From: a bacterium
GTDB lineage: Bacteria > UBA8248
Length of the DNA: 64,000 bases
Direction: 5' to 3'
Assembly: GCA_965200245.1 (NCBI GenBank)
Contig: CBDATS010000004.1
Coordinates: 1,248,001 to 1,312,000 of the forward strand
The notes beneath the pieces were generated by a model. It saw only the letters and a list, made by a program, of their open reading frames with translations. It was not told the origin of the DNA and ran no database searches. Shown piece after piece: positions 10,103 to 20,187 of the stretch. Position 1 is the first letter of the stretch; each line of letters starts with the position of its first letter. The translations under genes were made by a program, and so were the position numbers.

Positions 10103-11527
10103 TTATTTTCCGATGCAAAACGTGGAAAAAATCTTGTCTAACAATGCCTCTCCGTAGTTCTGGCCCAAGAGTTCCGAGAGTGCGGTTTGTGCTTCGTTCA
10201 GGTGAACTGCCACCAGTTCGTGGAAAAGTTCACCCTCGACCCCCGTCCGGGCACCCTGAACCGCATCCAGACATTTCGCAATCTGGCCATGGTGTCGCTC
10301 TCGTGTGAGCACGGATTCCGCACCCGAAAACGCACTCTCATTCATCAAAACACGCGCCACCTCCTCACGCAACCTGGACAACCCCTCCCCCGTAAGTGCC
10401 GATATGAAAAGCGGCTCCCGCGCATCAGGCGCGTGTTCACGCAAAACCGCGCGGGCGTGCAATTGCGCATCAGTGGAGGATTTGTCTAACTTATTGAAAA
10501 TAAAAATGTTTTTACAGTCGTACGCACAGGCTTCTTTCACCGCCCATCGGATTTCGGCGTCACTTGCCGTTAAATCCGTCACCATCAGGCCGATGTCCGC
10601 TTCACCCGCCGCCTTGCGCGCGCGCTCGGTTCCTTCGAGCTCCACAGGGTCGCCGGTGTCGCGCAGCCCCGCCGTGTCGATGAGCCTTATCGACACACCT
10701 CCAAAGTCGCAATCTTCCTCCACCGTGTCGCGCGTGGTACCCGGCATTTCGCTGGTGATGGCGCGATCCGCCCCCAAAAGGGCGTTCAACAGCGTGGATT
10801 TTCCCGCGTTGGGCCTGCCGAGTATGACGGCGCGTGCGCCTTCTCGCAAAATTCTGCCGGAACGGTAGCTTTCGATTAACTTTTTGAGTGCGTTCTCTGT
10901 CTCTGCGAACAGATCGGCTAGTTCCGTGCTTCCCATCGGAACACCTGAAACCGATGGCCCCGCACCCGGTTCGAACTCATCGGGAAAATCGATCGCCGCC
11001 TCGATATGCGCCCCCGCTTCCACAATCTTTTCCCATATATCTTCCAGGGATTTGGACAGGCGCCCTTCCAGATGATGGAGAGCAGCCTTCGCCGCTTTTT
11101 TGGTCTGGGCACTTACGAGATCGGCCACTGCCTCGGCCTGGAGGAGATCGATCTTGCCTTCCAAAAAGGCGCGACGGGTAAATTCGCCTTCTATGGCCGG
11201 CCTTGCACCCATCCCGCGAGAAAGGCGCAGGATCGCCCCCACAATAGCCGGGCCACCGTGGCAGTGCATCTCGACTACATCCTCGCCAGTAACGGAATCT
11301 GGCGCTTGATAATAAAGCGCGAGTCCCTCATCAAACGCCTGGCCGTTATCCATGAAGCGCCCCAGCACGGGACGACCCCTGGGAAACGCGCTTCGTTCTT
11401 TCTTTGGCGAGAAGATACTCTCAAGAATGGGAAGTGCTTTCGCGCCACTTAAGCGAATGACCGCGATGGCCCCGCGTCCCGGTGCAGTCGAGAGCGCGAC
11501 GATGGTCTCCCTATTGAAATCGCTCAT
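10103..11527 (-). CDS. mnmE: tRNA modification GTPase MnmE (TrmE)
   Basis: ETIVALSTAPG, TGEDVVE.HCHGG, GRPNAGKS, GTTRD, DTAG, C-terminal FCIGK; start trimmed to ATG 11527. Confidence 0.97.
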   Translation of the reverse strand: MSDFNRETIVALSTAPGRGAIAVIRLSGAKALPILESIFSPKKERSAFPRGRPVLGRFMDNGQAFDEGLALYYQAPDSVTGEDVVEMHCHGGPAIVGAILRLSRGMGARPAIEGEFTRRAFLEGKIDLLQAEAVADLVSAQTKKAAKAALHHLEGRLSKSLEDIWEKIVEAGAHIEAAIDFPDEFEPGAGPSVSGVPMGSTELADLFAETENALKKLIESYRSGRILREGARAVILGRPNAGKSTLLNALLGADRAITSEMPGTTRDTVEEDCDFGGVSIRLIDTAGLRDTGDPVELEGTERARKAAGEADIGLMVTDLTASDAEIRWAVKEACAYDCKNIFIFNKLDKSSTDAQLHARAVLREHAPDAREPLFISALTGEGLSRLREEVARVLMNESAFSGAESVLTRERHHGQIAKCLDAVQGARTGVEGELFHELVAVHLNEAQTALSELLGQNYGEALLDKIFSTFCIGK

Positions 11528-11832
11528 CCGTTGGCTTTCTCCATCATTTGTGGTTACGCGCGGCCGCTCGGGTCGCGTTCGCCCGTAATGAAACGGATTG
11601 GCGAAGTTATTGCAAGACCAGGCGGGCAGAGGTCCGAGGGGGAGTGTCGCATGCATATGATTCTTGCGGATAATTTCGGCGATCTGGAAAAGCCGACAGG
11701 GATGACCCTAAGCGTCCACACTTTCTTATGCGGTCATATCCGCACGGAGAGAACACAATACCGCAAGGGCCGTTCGCAAACGGTTCCCCACAAGCCTGTC
11801 TCAGGCAAGAACAGAGGAATTGGAAACCACCC

Positions 11833-12864
11833 TCACGTTTCACCTTCACGATCGATCAGTCCACTCAGGAGGGCCGAGCGAGTGAGGACACCGACTACCG
11901 CACCCGTCTCGTCCACCACACGCAGTGGAGATTCGCTCTCCATGGACAAGTGCAGCGCGTCCTGCAGCGCAGCGTCGTGCAAGATGGTCGGGCCGGTCGC
12001 CGCCTCGTCGTCGGGGGGCCGCATGACGTCGCTCGTCTTCAGTATGCGTTCGCGTTTCACTTCGCGCACGAACTCGCGTACATAGTCAGTGGCCGGACGG
12101 AGCAGAATCTCGTTCGGCCTGCCTGTCTGGTCGATCGCGCCGTCTTTCAGGATGGCGACGTGATCGCCCAGATGAAGTGCCTCGTCCAGATCGTGGGTGA
12201 TGAATACGATAGTCTTCTTGAGGTCCCGCTGGAGCGCGATGAGGTGTTCCTGCATCTGTTTGCGGATGAGCGGATCCAGCGCGCTGAAGGGCTCGTCCAT
12301 GAGCAGAATTTCGGAGTTCGTGCACAGGGCGCGCGCCAGCCCCACCCGTTGCTGCATGCCGCCAGAAAGCTGGGCAGGGTAGGCGCTCTCGTAGCCGATC
12401 AGGCCCACATCCTCTATCCACGCCATCGCGCGACGGCGGCGTTCGGCCGGCTCCACTCCCTGGACTTCCAGGCCGTAGCCCACATTCTCGATAACCATCA
12501 TCTGCGGGAATAGCGCGTAGCGCTGAAACACCATGCTCACGGCACTCCTGCGGAAAGCGAGCAATTCCTCGGGCGAGAGTGCGAGAACATCGCGCCCGTC
12601 AACGAGAATCCGGCCCGCCGTTGGATCAATGAGCCGGTTGATGTGGCGTATAAGAGTCGATTTACCCGAACCCGAAAGACCCATAACCACGAATATCTCT
12701 CCCCGCTCGACGGAGAGACTCACGTCCTTCAAGCCCAGTGTGCAACCGGTTTCGAGCAGCACCTTGTTCTTCTCGACTCCCGCACGGGCCAGGTCGAGCG
12801 CGGTGTCCAGCGCGCCCCCGGCTCCGAATATCTTGTAGACGTTTTTTATCTCGATGAGCGCCAC
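11833..12864 (-). CDS. Glycine betaine/proline ABC transporter ATP-binding subunit (ProV/OpuAA-like) with CBS tail
   Basis: VMGLSGSGKST, LSGGMQQRVGLARAL, DEPFSALDPLIR; GTG start after SD GGAGG. Confidence 0.92.
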   Translation of the reverse strand: MALIEIKNVYKIFGAGGALDTALDLARAGVEKNKVLLETGCTLGLKDVSLSVERGEIFVVMGLSGSGKSTLIRHINRLIDPTAGRILVDGRDVLALSPEELLAFRRSAVSMVFQRYALFPQMMVIENVGYGLEVQGVEPAERRRRAMAWIEDVGLIGYESAYPAQLSGGMQQRVGLARALCTNSEILLMDEPFSALDPLIRKQMQEHLIALQRDLKKTIVFITHDLDEALHLGDHVAILKDGAIDQTGRPNEILLRPATDYVREFVREVKRERILKTSDVMRPPDDEAATGPTILHDAALQDALHLSMESESPLRVVDETGAVVGVLTRSALLSGLIDREGET

Positions 12865-12868
12865 CGCT

Positions 12869-13777
12869 TCAGCTCCTCCCGCCCGTGCGGATAAAGCGCC
12901 CGCCGTAGGCCTGGGTGACACGGTCCATGACGATAGCGAGCAGAACAATCGCCACCCCGGCCTCGAGCGCCCGCCCCACGTTGAGTTGCTGGAGGCCGAT
13001 GAGCACCTCGGTACCGAGGCCTCGGGTTCCGATCATCGAGGCAATGACGACCATCGCGAGCGCCATCATTGTGGTCTGGTTGACACCCTGCATGATGCTA
13101 GGCAGCGCCATCGGTATCTGTACGCGAAGGAGTTTCTGTCTTCGGCTCGCACCCATGGCGTCGGAAGCCTCGATGATTTCCTCATCCACCAAGCGGATGC
13201 CCAGGTCCGTCAGGCGGATCACCGGCGGGATGGCGTAGATCACCGTCGCGAAGACGGCAGGCACCGCGCCGAGCCCAAAGAGCATGATCGCCGGAATGAG
13301 GTAGACGAAGCTTGGCATCGTCTGCATCAGATCCAGCGCCGGCAGCACCATGTCGCGTATCCGGTCGTTCCGCGATATCGTGATACCGACCGGAACGCCT
13401 AAGCCGATGCAGATGACGGTGGAGACGAACATCACCGAAAGCGTCATCATCGACAGATCCCAGAGCCTGGGATCGATGATGCCGATAAAAAACAGGCTGG
13501 CGACTACGATCGCGGTCAAGCCCCATTTGCGCCCGCCAGAAAAGAAGGTGAGCGCACCTACGCCCAAGAAGATGACGAGCCAGGGAAGGTCTCGCAAAAA
13601 GCGCTCAAGGCCGACAAGCAGAACGAGAATGGCGTCTGAGGCCGTCTCGAAGATGATTCCGTAATCCGAGACCAGCCATTCCACGAAATCGTTGGTCCAC
13701 TTGTTGAGCGGCAGGTTCAGCCCCTTGGGCCACTCGACCGCCCATTCGGGGAACAGTCCGCGGAAAAACTTCATCAC
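12869..13777 (-). CDS. Glycine betaine/proline ABC transporter permease (ProW-like)
   Basis: LDLMQTMPSFVYLIP, EAA-like loop, GVNQTTMMAL. Confidence 0.92.
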   Translation of the reverse strand: MMKFFRGLFPEWAVEWPKGLNLPLNKWTNDFVEWLVSDYGIIFETASDAILVLLVGLERFLRDLPWLVIFLGVGALTFFSGGRKWGLTAIVVASLFFIGIIDPRLWDLSMMTLSVMFVSTVICIGLGVPVGITISRNDRIRDMVLPALDLMQTMPSFVYLIPAIMLFGLGAVPAVFATVIYAIPPVIRLTDLGIRLVDEEIIEASDAMGASRRQKLLRVQIPMALPSIMQGVNQTTMMALAMVVIASMIGTRGLGTEVLIGLQQLNVGRALEAGVAIVLLAIVMDRVTQAYGGRFIRTGGRS

Positions 13778-13840
13778 GTACGGGCCTCCCCGAAATTATG
13801 GAGCAACATCACGAGAGAAAATATCCCACCCGAGCGCAGC

Positions 13841-14878
13841 TTAAGCCGATTCGAGCGCCTTCTCGACCTTTTTTGCCACGCTGGCCGGAACCCACTTCTT
13901 CCAGACCTTGTTGGTCTTCAGGAAATGGACGGCGGTGACTTTGGCGTCGCCGCCAGCTTCCTTTTCAAGATAGGCCAGAGCCTTCGACACCACGTTTGAG
14001 GGGAGCGTGTACTTCTCGACAAAGGCGACAATCTCAGGATGTTTCGCCGCGAATTTCGACGTGACCGACTTCGGCAATTCCATCGTCCGGTAGGCGGTCG
14101 CCTTCTTGGGATTCCCCATGGCACCGACTCCGCCTTTCTTAAGCGCCTCCACGTGCTTGAGCATCTCGTTCCAGTCAGCCTCGTTCCAGACAGGCTCTTC
14201 GAGTTGCACGAGATCGAGCTGTCCCAGCAACGGCGTCGGTGCCCAGTAATAGGCGAGCACCGGCTTTTTCTTGAGATACGCGCCCTTGATGGCCGCCGCA
14301 AGCGCACCGCCTGAACCGGGCCGGAAATTGGTGAAGTGCTTCTCCAGTCCATAGACCCGCAGCTTCACTGTGTTGATAACTTCGCAAGACCAGCCGGGGA
14401 TGCAGTTCACGAAACGGCCCTTGGAGGGTTCTTCGGGATCCTTGAAGAGATGCTTGTACTTGGGCAGGTCGTACACCGACTTCAGGCCCGGGTTCGCCTT
14501 CTGCACGAAGCGCGGTATGTACCAGCCCTGCGCGCTGTCGGGCGTGTTGACACTCAGCATCTTCACATTGCCGCTCTTGTGCGCTTTGTCGTACTGCTCC
14601 TGCACGTTGTCGTACCAAAGCTCCATGATCAGGTCGTTCTTCCCCTCGTAGTGGGCCGTCATGATCGGAAGCGTGCCGCCGTAGATGAGCCGCACCCGGC
14701 AGCCGTAGCCATGCTCCAGGATAAAGGCGACCACTTGATCGTGAAAGTTGGCACTGTCCCAGTTCAGGTCGCCGATACGGACCCGGCAGGAGGCGTCCGC
14801 CCGGCTCGGCAAGGATGCGAGCGCCGTCGCCCCGATGGCAATAGCCAAAACGAACACAAGAAAGATTCTGGATTTCAT
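13841..14878 (-). CDS. Glycine betaine ABC transporter substrate-binding protein (ProX-like)
   Basis: Signal peptide; WDSA, ELW, C-x-x-GW-x-C and YYWAPT motifs. Confidence 0.9.
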   Translation of the reverse strand: MKSRIFLVFVLAIAIGATALASLPSRADASCRVRIGDLNWDSANFHDQVVAFILEHGYGCRVRLIYGGTLPIMTAHYEGKNDLIMELWYDNVQEQYDKAHKSGNVKMLSVNTPDSAQGWYIPRFVQKANPGLKSVYDLPKYKHLFKDPEEPSKGRFVNCIPGWSCEVINTVKLRVYGLEKHFTNFRPGSGGALAAAIKGAYLKKKPVLAYYWAPTPLLGQLDLVQLEEPVWNEADWNEMLKHVEALKKGGVGAMGNPKKATAYRTMELPKSVTSKFAAKHPEIVAFVEKYTLPSNVVSKALAYLEKEAGGDAKVTAVHFLKTNKVWKKWVPASVAKKVEKALESA

Positions 14879-15208
14879 GGTTGGCCCCCTATTCTCGTTG
14901 TGCGTCCGGTCGATTCGAAAAATGTGTCGGAACCTCTCGCAAGAGAGAGTCCAAGCCCCCTCCCAAGGCCCCGTAGGTTAGCTTGCGGATCGTATCCCTA
15001 GCGCTCCTCAGAGCACCTAACTCCTGGCCAGAACTGACAAGTGTAACGCATAGAGGCTGGAAAACGCAAATTACCCGCTTTCGTCCACAAAAGAGCGTCT
15101 CCGGCCACGGTGTGGTTCCGCAGCGTTTTGTCGAAACTTTCTCGCGCCGAAATTATCGTCCATGCTACATTACTCCGGTGTTTATGCCCGGAAAGAAACG
15201 AGACGCTC

Positions 15209-16525
15209 ATGCCCGAGACGAGATACGATCCCCATCGCGGCGAATGGACGCTCATCGCACCACAGAGACGCACGCGTCCACATCCGGCACATTATACGAA
15301 CGCCTCGCCCTCCAATGAAGATCCATCCTGTCCCTTTTGTCCGGGCAACGAGCACATCACGCCAACAGAAGTCGCCGCCTCGAGGGACAAGGGCGAGGAC
15401 AACGCACCCGGCTGGCGCGCACGTTGCGTGGCGAACAAATACCCCGCCATTGACGGTGGAAAAGCCGAACACGGCGGAGAGGGTGAATTTATTTTCCATA
15501 AAGGCGGTGGATGCCATGAGGTGCTTATCGATTCGTCCCGTCACACGAAGGCCCTCGCCGATCTCGGCGAAGCACACACTGCAGAAGTTCTGGGCCTTCT
15601 GCAGGAAAGGGCACGCGCGCTCATCGAGGCGCCCGGCGTTCGCTTCGTCTTCGCCTTCAAGAACCACGGCGCCATGGGGGGCGCATCCATCCTCCACTCG
15701 CATTTCCAGATACTCGGGCTTCCGTTCGCAACGGGCAGTGTCGAGAATATGCTCGAAAATGAGGTCTCCTTTTATGCAGAACGGAAATGCGCGCTTCTGG
15801 ACCACTTGATAGATGCGGAGCGCGCACAGAAGGTGCGGCTGGTGGAGGCGGGAGCAGAGGGCGCCGTCGTTTATTGTCCATGGGCGTCTCGTTTTCCCTT
15901 TCTCGTCCTTATCGCTCCATGGCCAACGGAAGTCTCCTTCGCCGGGAGCGCGCCTGAAGCCATCGCAGCCGTCGGATCTGCCCTTGCGCGGTGCCTGAGG
16001 CGCTACAAGACGCTTCTCGGCGATCCACCCGTCAACATCTCCTTTCTCGCTGCGGGCGGGATGGAGGGAAACCTCAAGTCGCATCGCTGGCATATCGAAC
16101 TTTTCCCGCGTCTGACGCCCCTGGCCAGCCTTGAGACGGGCTTGGGCGCGCACATCAACGAAGTGGTTCCAGAGCGCGCCGCCGAAATACTGAGAAAGAT
16201 CGACCCCTGTGAATGCGCATCTTCTTCTCCCGGTATCGACAGAGGATCCACCGATGAGCAAGAAAAATACCCCAAAAACTGTATCCTTTCTCACGGGCGG
16301 CGACATCGCGCCAGACAGGGCTTCGGCCAAGGGGATGTTCGGCCGCTTGGGGAAATTTTTCCGAGGCGCCGATTTTTCCTTCGCGAATCTCGAGAACGCG
16401 CTCTCGACGCGCGGCGAACTCATGAAGGGGAAACCGACCAAACACAGGGGACATCCCTCGCTCGTTGCGGGACTGGTGGACGCGGGCTTCGACGCGGTGG
16501 GGATCGCAAACAACCATGCGCTTGA
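15209..16525 (+). CDS. Galactose-1-phosphate uridylyltransferase (GalT) family; homologous part ends near 16210 and the native stop appears lost
   Basis: CPFCPGNE, NKYPA, FKNHG..GGAS..HSHFQ (HxHxQ), PERAAEILR; then a 272-nt overrun into the next gene. Confidence 0.85.
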   Translation: MPETRYDPHRGEWTLIAPQRRTRPHPAHYTNASPSNEDPSCPFCPGNEHITPTEVAASRDKGEDNAPGWRARCVANKYPAIDGGKAEHGGEGEFIFHKGGGCHEVLIDSSRHTKALADLGEAHTAEVLGLLQERARALIEAPGVRFVFAFKNHGAMGGASILHSHFQILGLPFATGSVENMLENEVSFYAERKCALLDHLIDAERAQKVRLVEAGAEGAVVYCPWASRFPFLVLIAPWPTEVSFAGSAPEAIAAVGSALARCLRRYKTLLGDPPVNISFLAAGGMEGNLKSHRWHIELFPRLTPLASLETGLGAHINEVVPERAAEILRKIDPCECASSSPGIDRGSTDEQEKYPKNCILSHGRRHRARQGFGQGDVRPLGEIFPRRRFFLRESRERALDARRTHEGETDQTQGTSLARCGTGGRGLRRGGDRKQPCA

Positions 16526-17311
16526 CTTCGGGGTTCCTTCCCTGGAGGAAACCATGCTGACGCTGCGACGCGCAGGTGCTCCCTTCACGGGTGCGGGAAT
16601 GGACCTGAGTGAAGCACGCGCACCCGTCGTGCTCGAACGCGGAGCGGGTTCACAATCGGCCTTCTCGCCTACTCGTCCGTGCTGCCGCAGGGCCACGCGG
16701 CAGGCCCCGGGGAGCCCGGCGTGAACCCGCTCCGCGTCAGGACATCCTATACGCCACCCAGAAACCTTGATGAATACCCCGCCTCCGAACCCGTCATCTA
16801 CTCCTGGGCCAGAGCGGAAGACCTCGCACGCATGAAAAAAGAGGTCCGAAGCCTCAAGCGTCGTGCCGATTTCGTCTTCGCCTACCAGCGCTGGGGGGCG
16901 AGCATGCGCCACGAGGTGCACGAACATCAAAGGGAAATCGGCCAGGCGGCGATCGACGCGGGTGCCTGCGCCGTATTCGGCGGACACCAGCACGTGCTCT
17001 CGGCCATCGAGTTCTACAGGGGCCGGCCAATTGTCCATTGCACGGGGAACCTGATATTTGATGAGATTGAACCTTTCTTCACTGACGCGACACTCCAGAC
17101 GTTTCTGCTGGGAGGGCGACTGGACGAGAACGGACTGGACGATTTGCACCTGATACCCTGTCGCTGCGGCGTCGGCGGCGCCCCGAGGCTTCTCTCGCCG
17201 ATGAGCGGTGAGGGTCGCGCGATCGTGGATATGGTAAAAAACCTATCCGCACCTTACGGGACGGAGATCGCCGTCAAGGATGGAGAGGTGGTCGTCTCAC
17301 CGCTCAGCTAA
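16254..17311 (+). pseudogene. CapA/PgsA-family (poly-gamma-glutamate synthesis, metallophosphatase-like) protein, frameshifted
   Basis: GDI, ANLE, ANNHALDFG in frame 1; GHQHV and GNLIFD in frame 2; shift near 16640; usual HWG reads RWG. Confidence 0.8.
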
Positions 17312-17315
17312 AACG

Positions 17316-17342
17316 AAAAAAGCCCGCCGAAGCGGGCCTTTC
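17316..17342. terminator. Intrinsic terminator, probably bidirectional
   Basis: AAAAAA-GCCCGC-CGAA-GCGGGC-CTTT between convergent genes. Confidence 0.8.
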
Positions 17343-17368
17343 CGGGTGGTTCATGCAGTCATCACGTT

Positions 17369-17764
17369 CTATAGTGCGCGCTCCATGAGGCTCCGGATGC
17401 TCGCGATGTCAACATCGCCCGTCGAGCGTCCCTTCTCCTCCGCGCCCTTGAAAGCGATGATCGTCGACTGGAAGCGAACCCTGTACTTCTTGAGAAAGTC
17501 TCCCGGTGAGTCGAATTGCACCATGAATGCTGTTGCGTTCTCAAACTTCTTCTCCTCCATGAGAGATTGCAGAAGCGGCGCCTGCCGCACACATGTCCCT
17601 CACCAGTCCGAGTGAACGGCCACGAAAATCGACTTGCCGTCTTTCTGGGCCTGGGTGAAAGCCTTGGAGTCATAGGGTTTCCACTTTCCTTCGGCGAGTG
17701 CGGCCTGGGGGAGAGCAACTACGGCGAGCAGGAACAGGGCGAACACGAGTATGGGACGTCGCAT
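17369..17764 (-). CDS. Exported thioredoxin-family selenoprotein (WUGTC)
   Basis: MRRPILVFALFLLAVVALPQAALA-EGKW...VAVHSDW-TGA-GTCVRQAP...QSTIIAFKGAEEKGR; TGA (17600-17602) sits at the first Cys of WCxxC; hairpin GCGGC-AGGC-GCCGC 11 nt downstream. Confidence 0.85.
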
Positions 17765-17829
17765 TTACATCACTCCCCTTCTGTTTAGACGGCTTGGAAG
17801 AATCTTATGTGTCGTCTTTTCCATATTCG

Positions 17830-18588
17830 CTAGTGCACGTATTGGCCACCATTCACGTCAATGGTCACACCCGTCACATAGCCCGAGCCGGGTGTTGAGA
17901 AATACCATATCGAATCTGCGATGTCCTCGGGCTCCCCGCCGAAGCCCACCGGCAGGCGCGCCACGATCTCCGGCACGCGCTCCCGGTGCACAAGGCGAAA
18001 CCGCTTGGTGAGGGTCACTCCCGGTGCCACGGCGTTCACTGTGATGCCATGGGAAGCGAGTTCCACCGAGAGCCTCCGCGTGAACCCTTGCATGGCTGAT
18101 TTCGCAGCGCTATAGACAAGAGACACATTCGCCAAGGCATCACGCGCGGAAATAGAGGACACGTTCACGATACGGCCATAGCCCCGGTCTTTCATCGGGG
18201 TCGCCGCCGCCCGGGTGGCAAGGTAGCAACTCGTGAGATTCCAGTCCACGATCTTCTCCCACTCCGCTTCGTCGAGGCCCTCGATGTCGGGCACTTCTAC
18301 AAACCCGCCTGCACAGTTCACCAGAATATCGAGGTGGCCCCATGTGCCAAGCGTACGGGCGAACAGAAGATCGACATCCTCTTTACGGGCAGCATCACCC
18401 TGGACGAATATAGCCTCTCCGTGTGAATCTACTTGGGCCAGGGCTGCTGAGCCGCGTTCGGGGTCGCGACCCATAATGGCTACCTTCGCTCCCTCATCCG
18501 CAAAGCGTATCGCCGTCGCGAGACCGATCCCGTCGGTGGCACCGGTGACGATGGCGACGTGATCCTTGATGGAGGAACGCTCATGCAC
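17830..18588 (-). CDS. SDR family NAD(P)-dependent oxidoreductase
   Basis: TGATDGIG, NCAG, YSAAK, VNAVAPG. Confidence 0.92.
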   Translation of the reverse strand: MHERSSIKDHVAIVTGATDGIGLATAIRFADEGAKVAIMGRDPERGSAALAQVDSHGEAIFVQGDAARKEDVDLLFARTLGTWGHLDILVNCAGGFVEVPDIEGLDEAEWEKIVDWNLTSCYLATRAAATPMKDRGYGRIVNVSSISARDALANVSLVYSAAKSAMQGFTRRLSVELASHGITVNAVAPGVTLTKRFRLVHRERVPEIVARLPVGFGGEPEDIADSIWYFSTPGSGYVTGVTIDVNGGQYVH

Positions 18589-18601
18589 GCGAATGTCCTT
18601 T

Positions 18602-19375
18602 CTAGTGAACGTATCTGCCGCCGTTGACGTCGAGCGTCACGCCGGTCACGTAGCGCGCCTCGGGCCTTGCGAGATACCACACGGCGTCGGCAATGTCCGC
18701 GGCGTCCGCCAGTCGGCCCGCCGGAATTTTCGAGAGTATTTCGGGCAGCCTTTCCTTATGAAGAACGCCAGTTCGTGGGGTAATCACGACACCGGGCGCC
18801 ACTGTGTTCACCGTGACGCCGTGGGGTGCTACCTCAACCGCGAGACGCCTGCAAAAGCCGACCAGGCCCGCCTTGGCCGCGCTGTAGGCGAGACCTGTCT
18901 CGATGATGGCATCGCGTCCCGACTGGGAGGCGATGTTCACGATGCGGCCATAGCCGGCCTTTTTCATAAAGGGCACGACGGCGCGTGAACACAGATAGGC
19001 GCTCTTCAGGTTGAGATCCACGACACGGCGCCACTGCCCCTCCTCCAGGTCCTCGATGGCAGGATTCTCCACGAAGCCGCCTGCGCAGTTCACGAGAATG
19101 TCGATGCGACCCCAAGTGACGAGCGTCTCCTCCACGGCTGCCTCGATCTCATTCGCCGAGGTGGCGTCGGTATTGATAAAGCGCGCTTCCCCGCCTTCGT
19201 CTTGTATCCGACGCGCGGAAGACTCGCCTTGCGCTTCGTCGAGATCGAGCAACGCGATGCGCGCGCCTTCATGCGCCAAGCGCTCGACGATCGCTTCGCC
19301 GATTCCCACCGCGCCCGCCGTGACGAGGGCCACGTGACCTTGAATCGAGGATGTGTTCTCCATCTCTTCCGCCAT
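18602..19375 (-). CDS. SDR family NAD(P)-dependent oxidoreductase (tandem paralog)
   Basis: TAGAVGIG, NCAG, YSAAK, VNTVAPG. Confidence 0.92.
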   Translation of the reverse strand: MAEEMENTSSIQGHVALVTAGAVGIGEAIVERLAHEGARIALLDLDEAQGESSARRIQDEGGEARFINTDATSANEIEAAVEETLVTWGRIDILVNCAGGFVENPAIEDLEEGQWRRVVDLNLKSAYLCSRAVVPFMKKAGYGRIVNIASQSGRDAIIETGLAYSAAKAGLVGFCRRLAVEVAPHGVTVNTVAPGVVITPRTGVLHKERLPEILSKIPAGRLADAADIADAVWYLARPEARYVTGVTLDVNGGRYVH

Positions 19376-19590
19376 CCCGTCTCCGGGTGTCTTCGCCTAT
19401 GGTCCTCCCCCGGACCGGGAATCATCCAAAAACCCCATAGACGAGCCAGAAAACCACAAAAAGGCCGATCACAAGGCTCCGGTAAAATAGTTGCAGGGGT
19501 GGAAACTCTCCCGTCACGCCGCAACCCATCACCCGTATGGCGCGCTTGCCGAGAGGCAATTATACCGCATTGCCCCTGCCTTGACAGCCG

Positions 19591-20187
19591 CTAGGGGTTA
19601 TGGGCCGAGGCGAAGTAGGTATTGCCGTCGAAGTCGCGCCATCTGGCTTTGCGAAAGCCCGCCTTGCGTAACTCGTCCAGGAGTTCTCGGGGTTCGAACC
19701 GCGCATCAACGGGCGGCCCCATCTCCATGGGTTTCCTGTGCCATTCGATAAGTGTGATGACAGCCTTTTTCCGCATCGCACGCCGCGTCTCCAGGAGCAG
19801 GGGCTGGACATCGGTCCTCCCGTGAAGCACGAAAGCGATGAGAGCGAAGTCAGTGCTTGCATCGGGAAAGGAGACCTTGGGGTTCAGACATTTTCTGGCT
19901 GTCAGGTGGGCATAGCCGCGTTCTTTTGCAGCCGCCCGAAGTTCGGCGATCATCACAGGCGAGGTGTCACACGCAAGCACGCGCCCGTATTTTCCCACGA
20001 TCCTGCAGGCCGGAATCGCGAAATACCCCTGGCCGCAGCCCACATCCAGGAAACTCATGCCACGATTGAGTCCCAGTTCGCGCAGTGTCTTGGCGGGCGG
20101 CATGGCACGTCGCCTTCCCCTGGAGATCAGGAGATGCCGGTTTCGGACGGGAAAGGTCCATTCTTCCCGCAAGACAGGACCGCTCAA
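19591..20187 (-). CDS. Class I SAM-dependent methyltransferase
   Basis: LDVGCGQG motif I; IEW...MGPP..R C-terminal motif. Confidence 0.85.
   Translation of the reverse strand: MSGPVLREEWTFPVRNRHLLISRGRRRAMPPAKTLRELGLNRGMSFLDVGCGQGYFAIPACRIVGKYGRVLACDTSPVMIAELRAAAKERGYAHLTARKCLNPKVSFPDASTDFALIAFVLHGRTDVQPLLLETRRAMRKKAVITLIEWHRKPMEMGPPVDARFEPRELLDELRKAGFRKARWRDFDGNTYFASAHNP

Noticed and set aside
15182-17149. 655-aa minus-strand ORF
   Set aside because: Antisense shadow in codon register with galT and the capA C-terminal half; no motifs
17362-17718. Frameshift explanation for the split thioredoxin
   Set aside because: Base-by-base reading shows both halves are in the same frame, separated only by TGA
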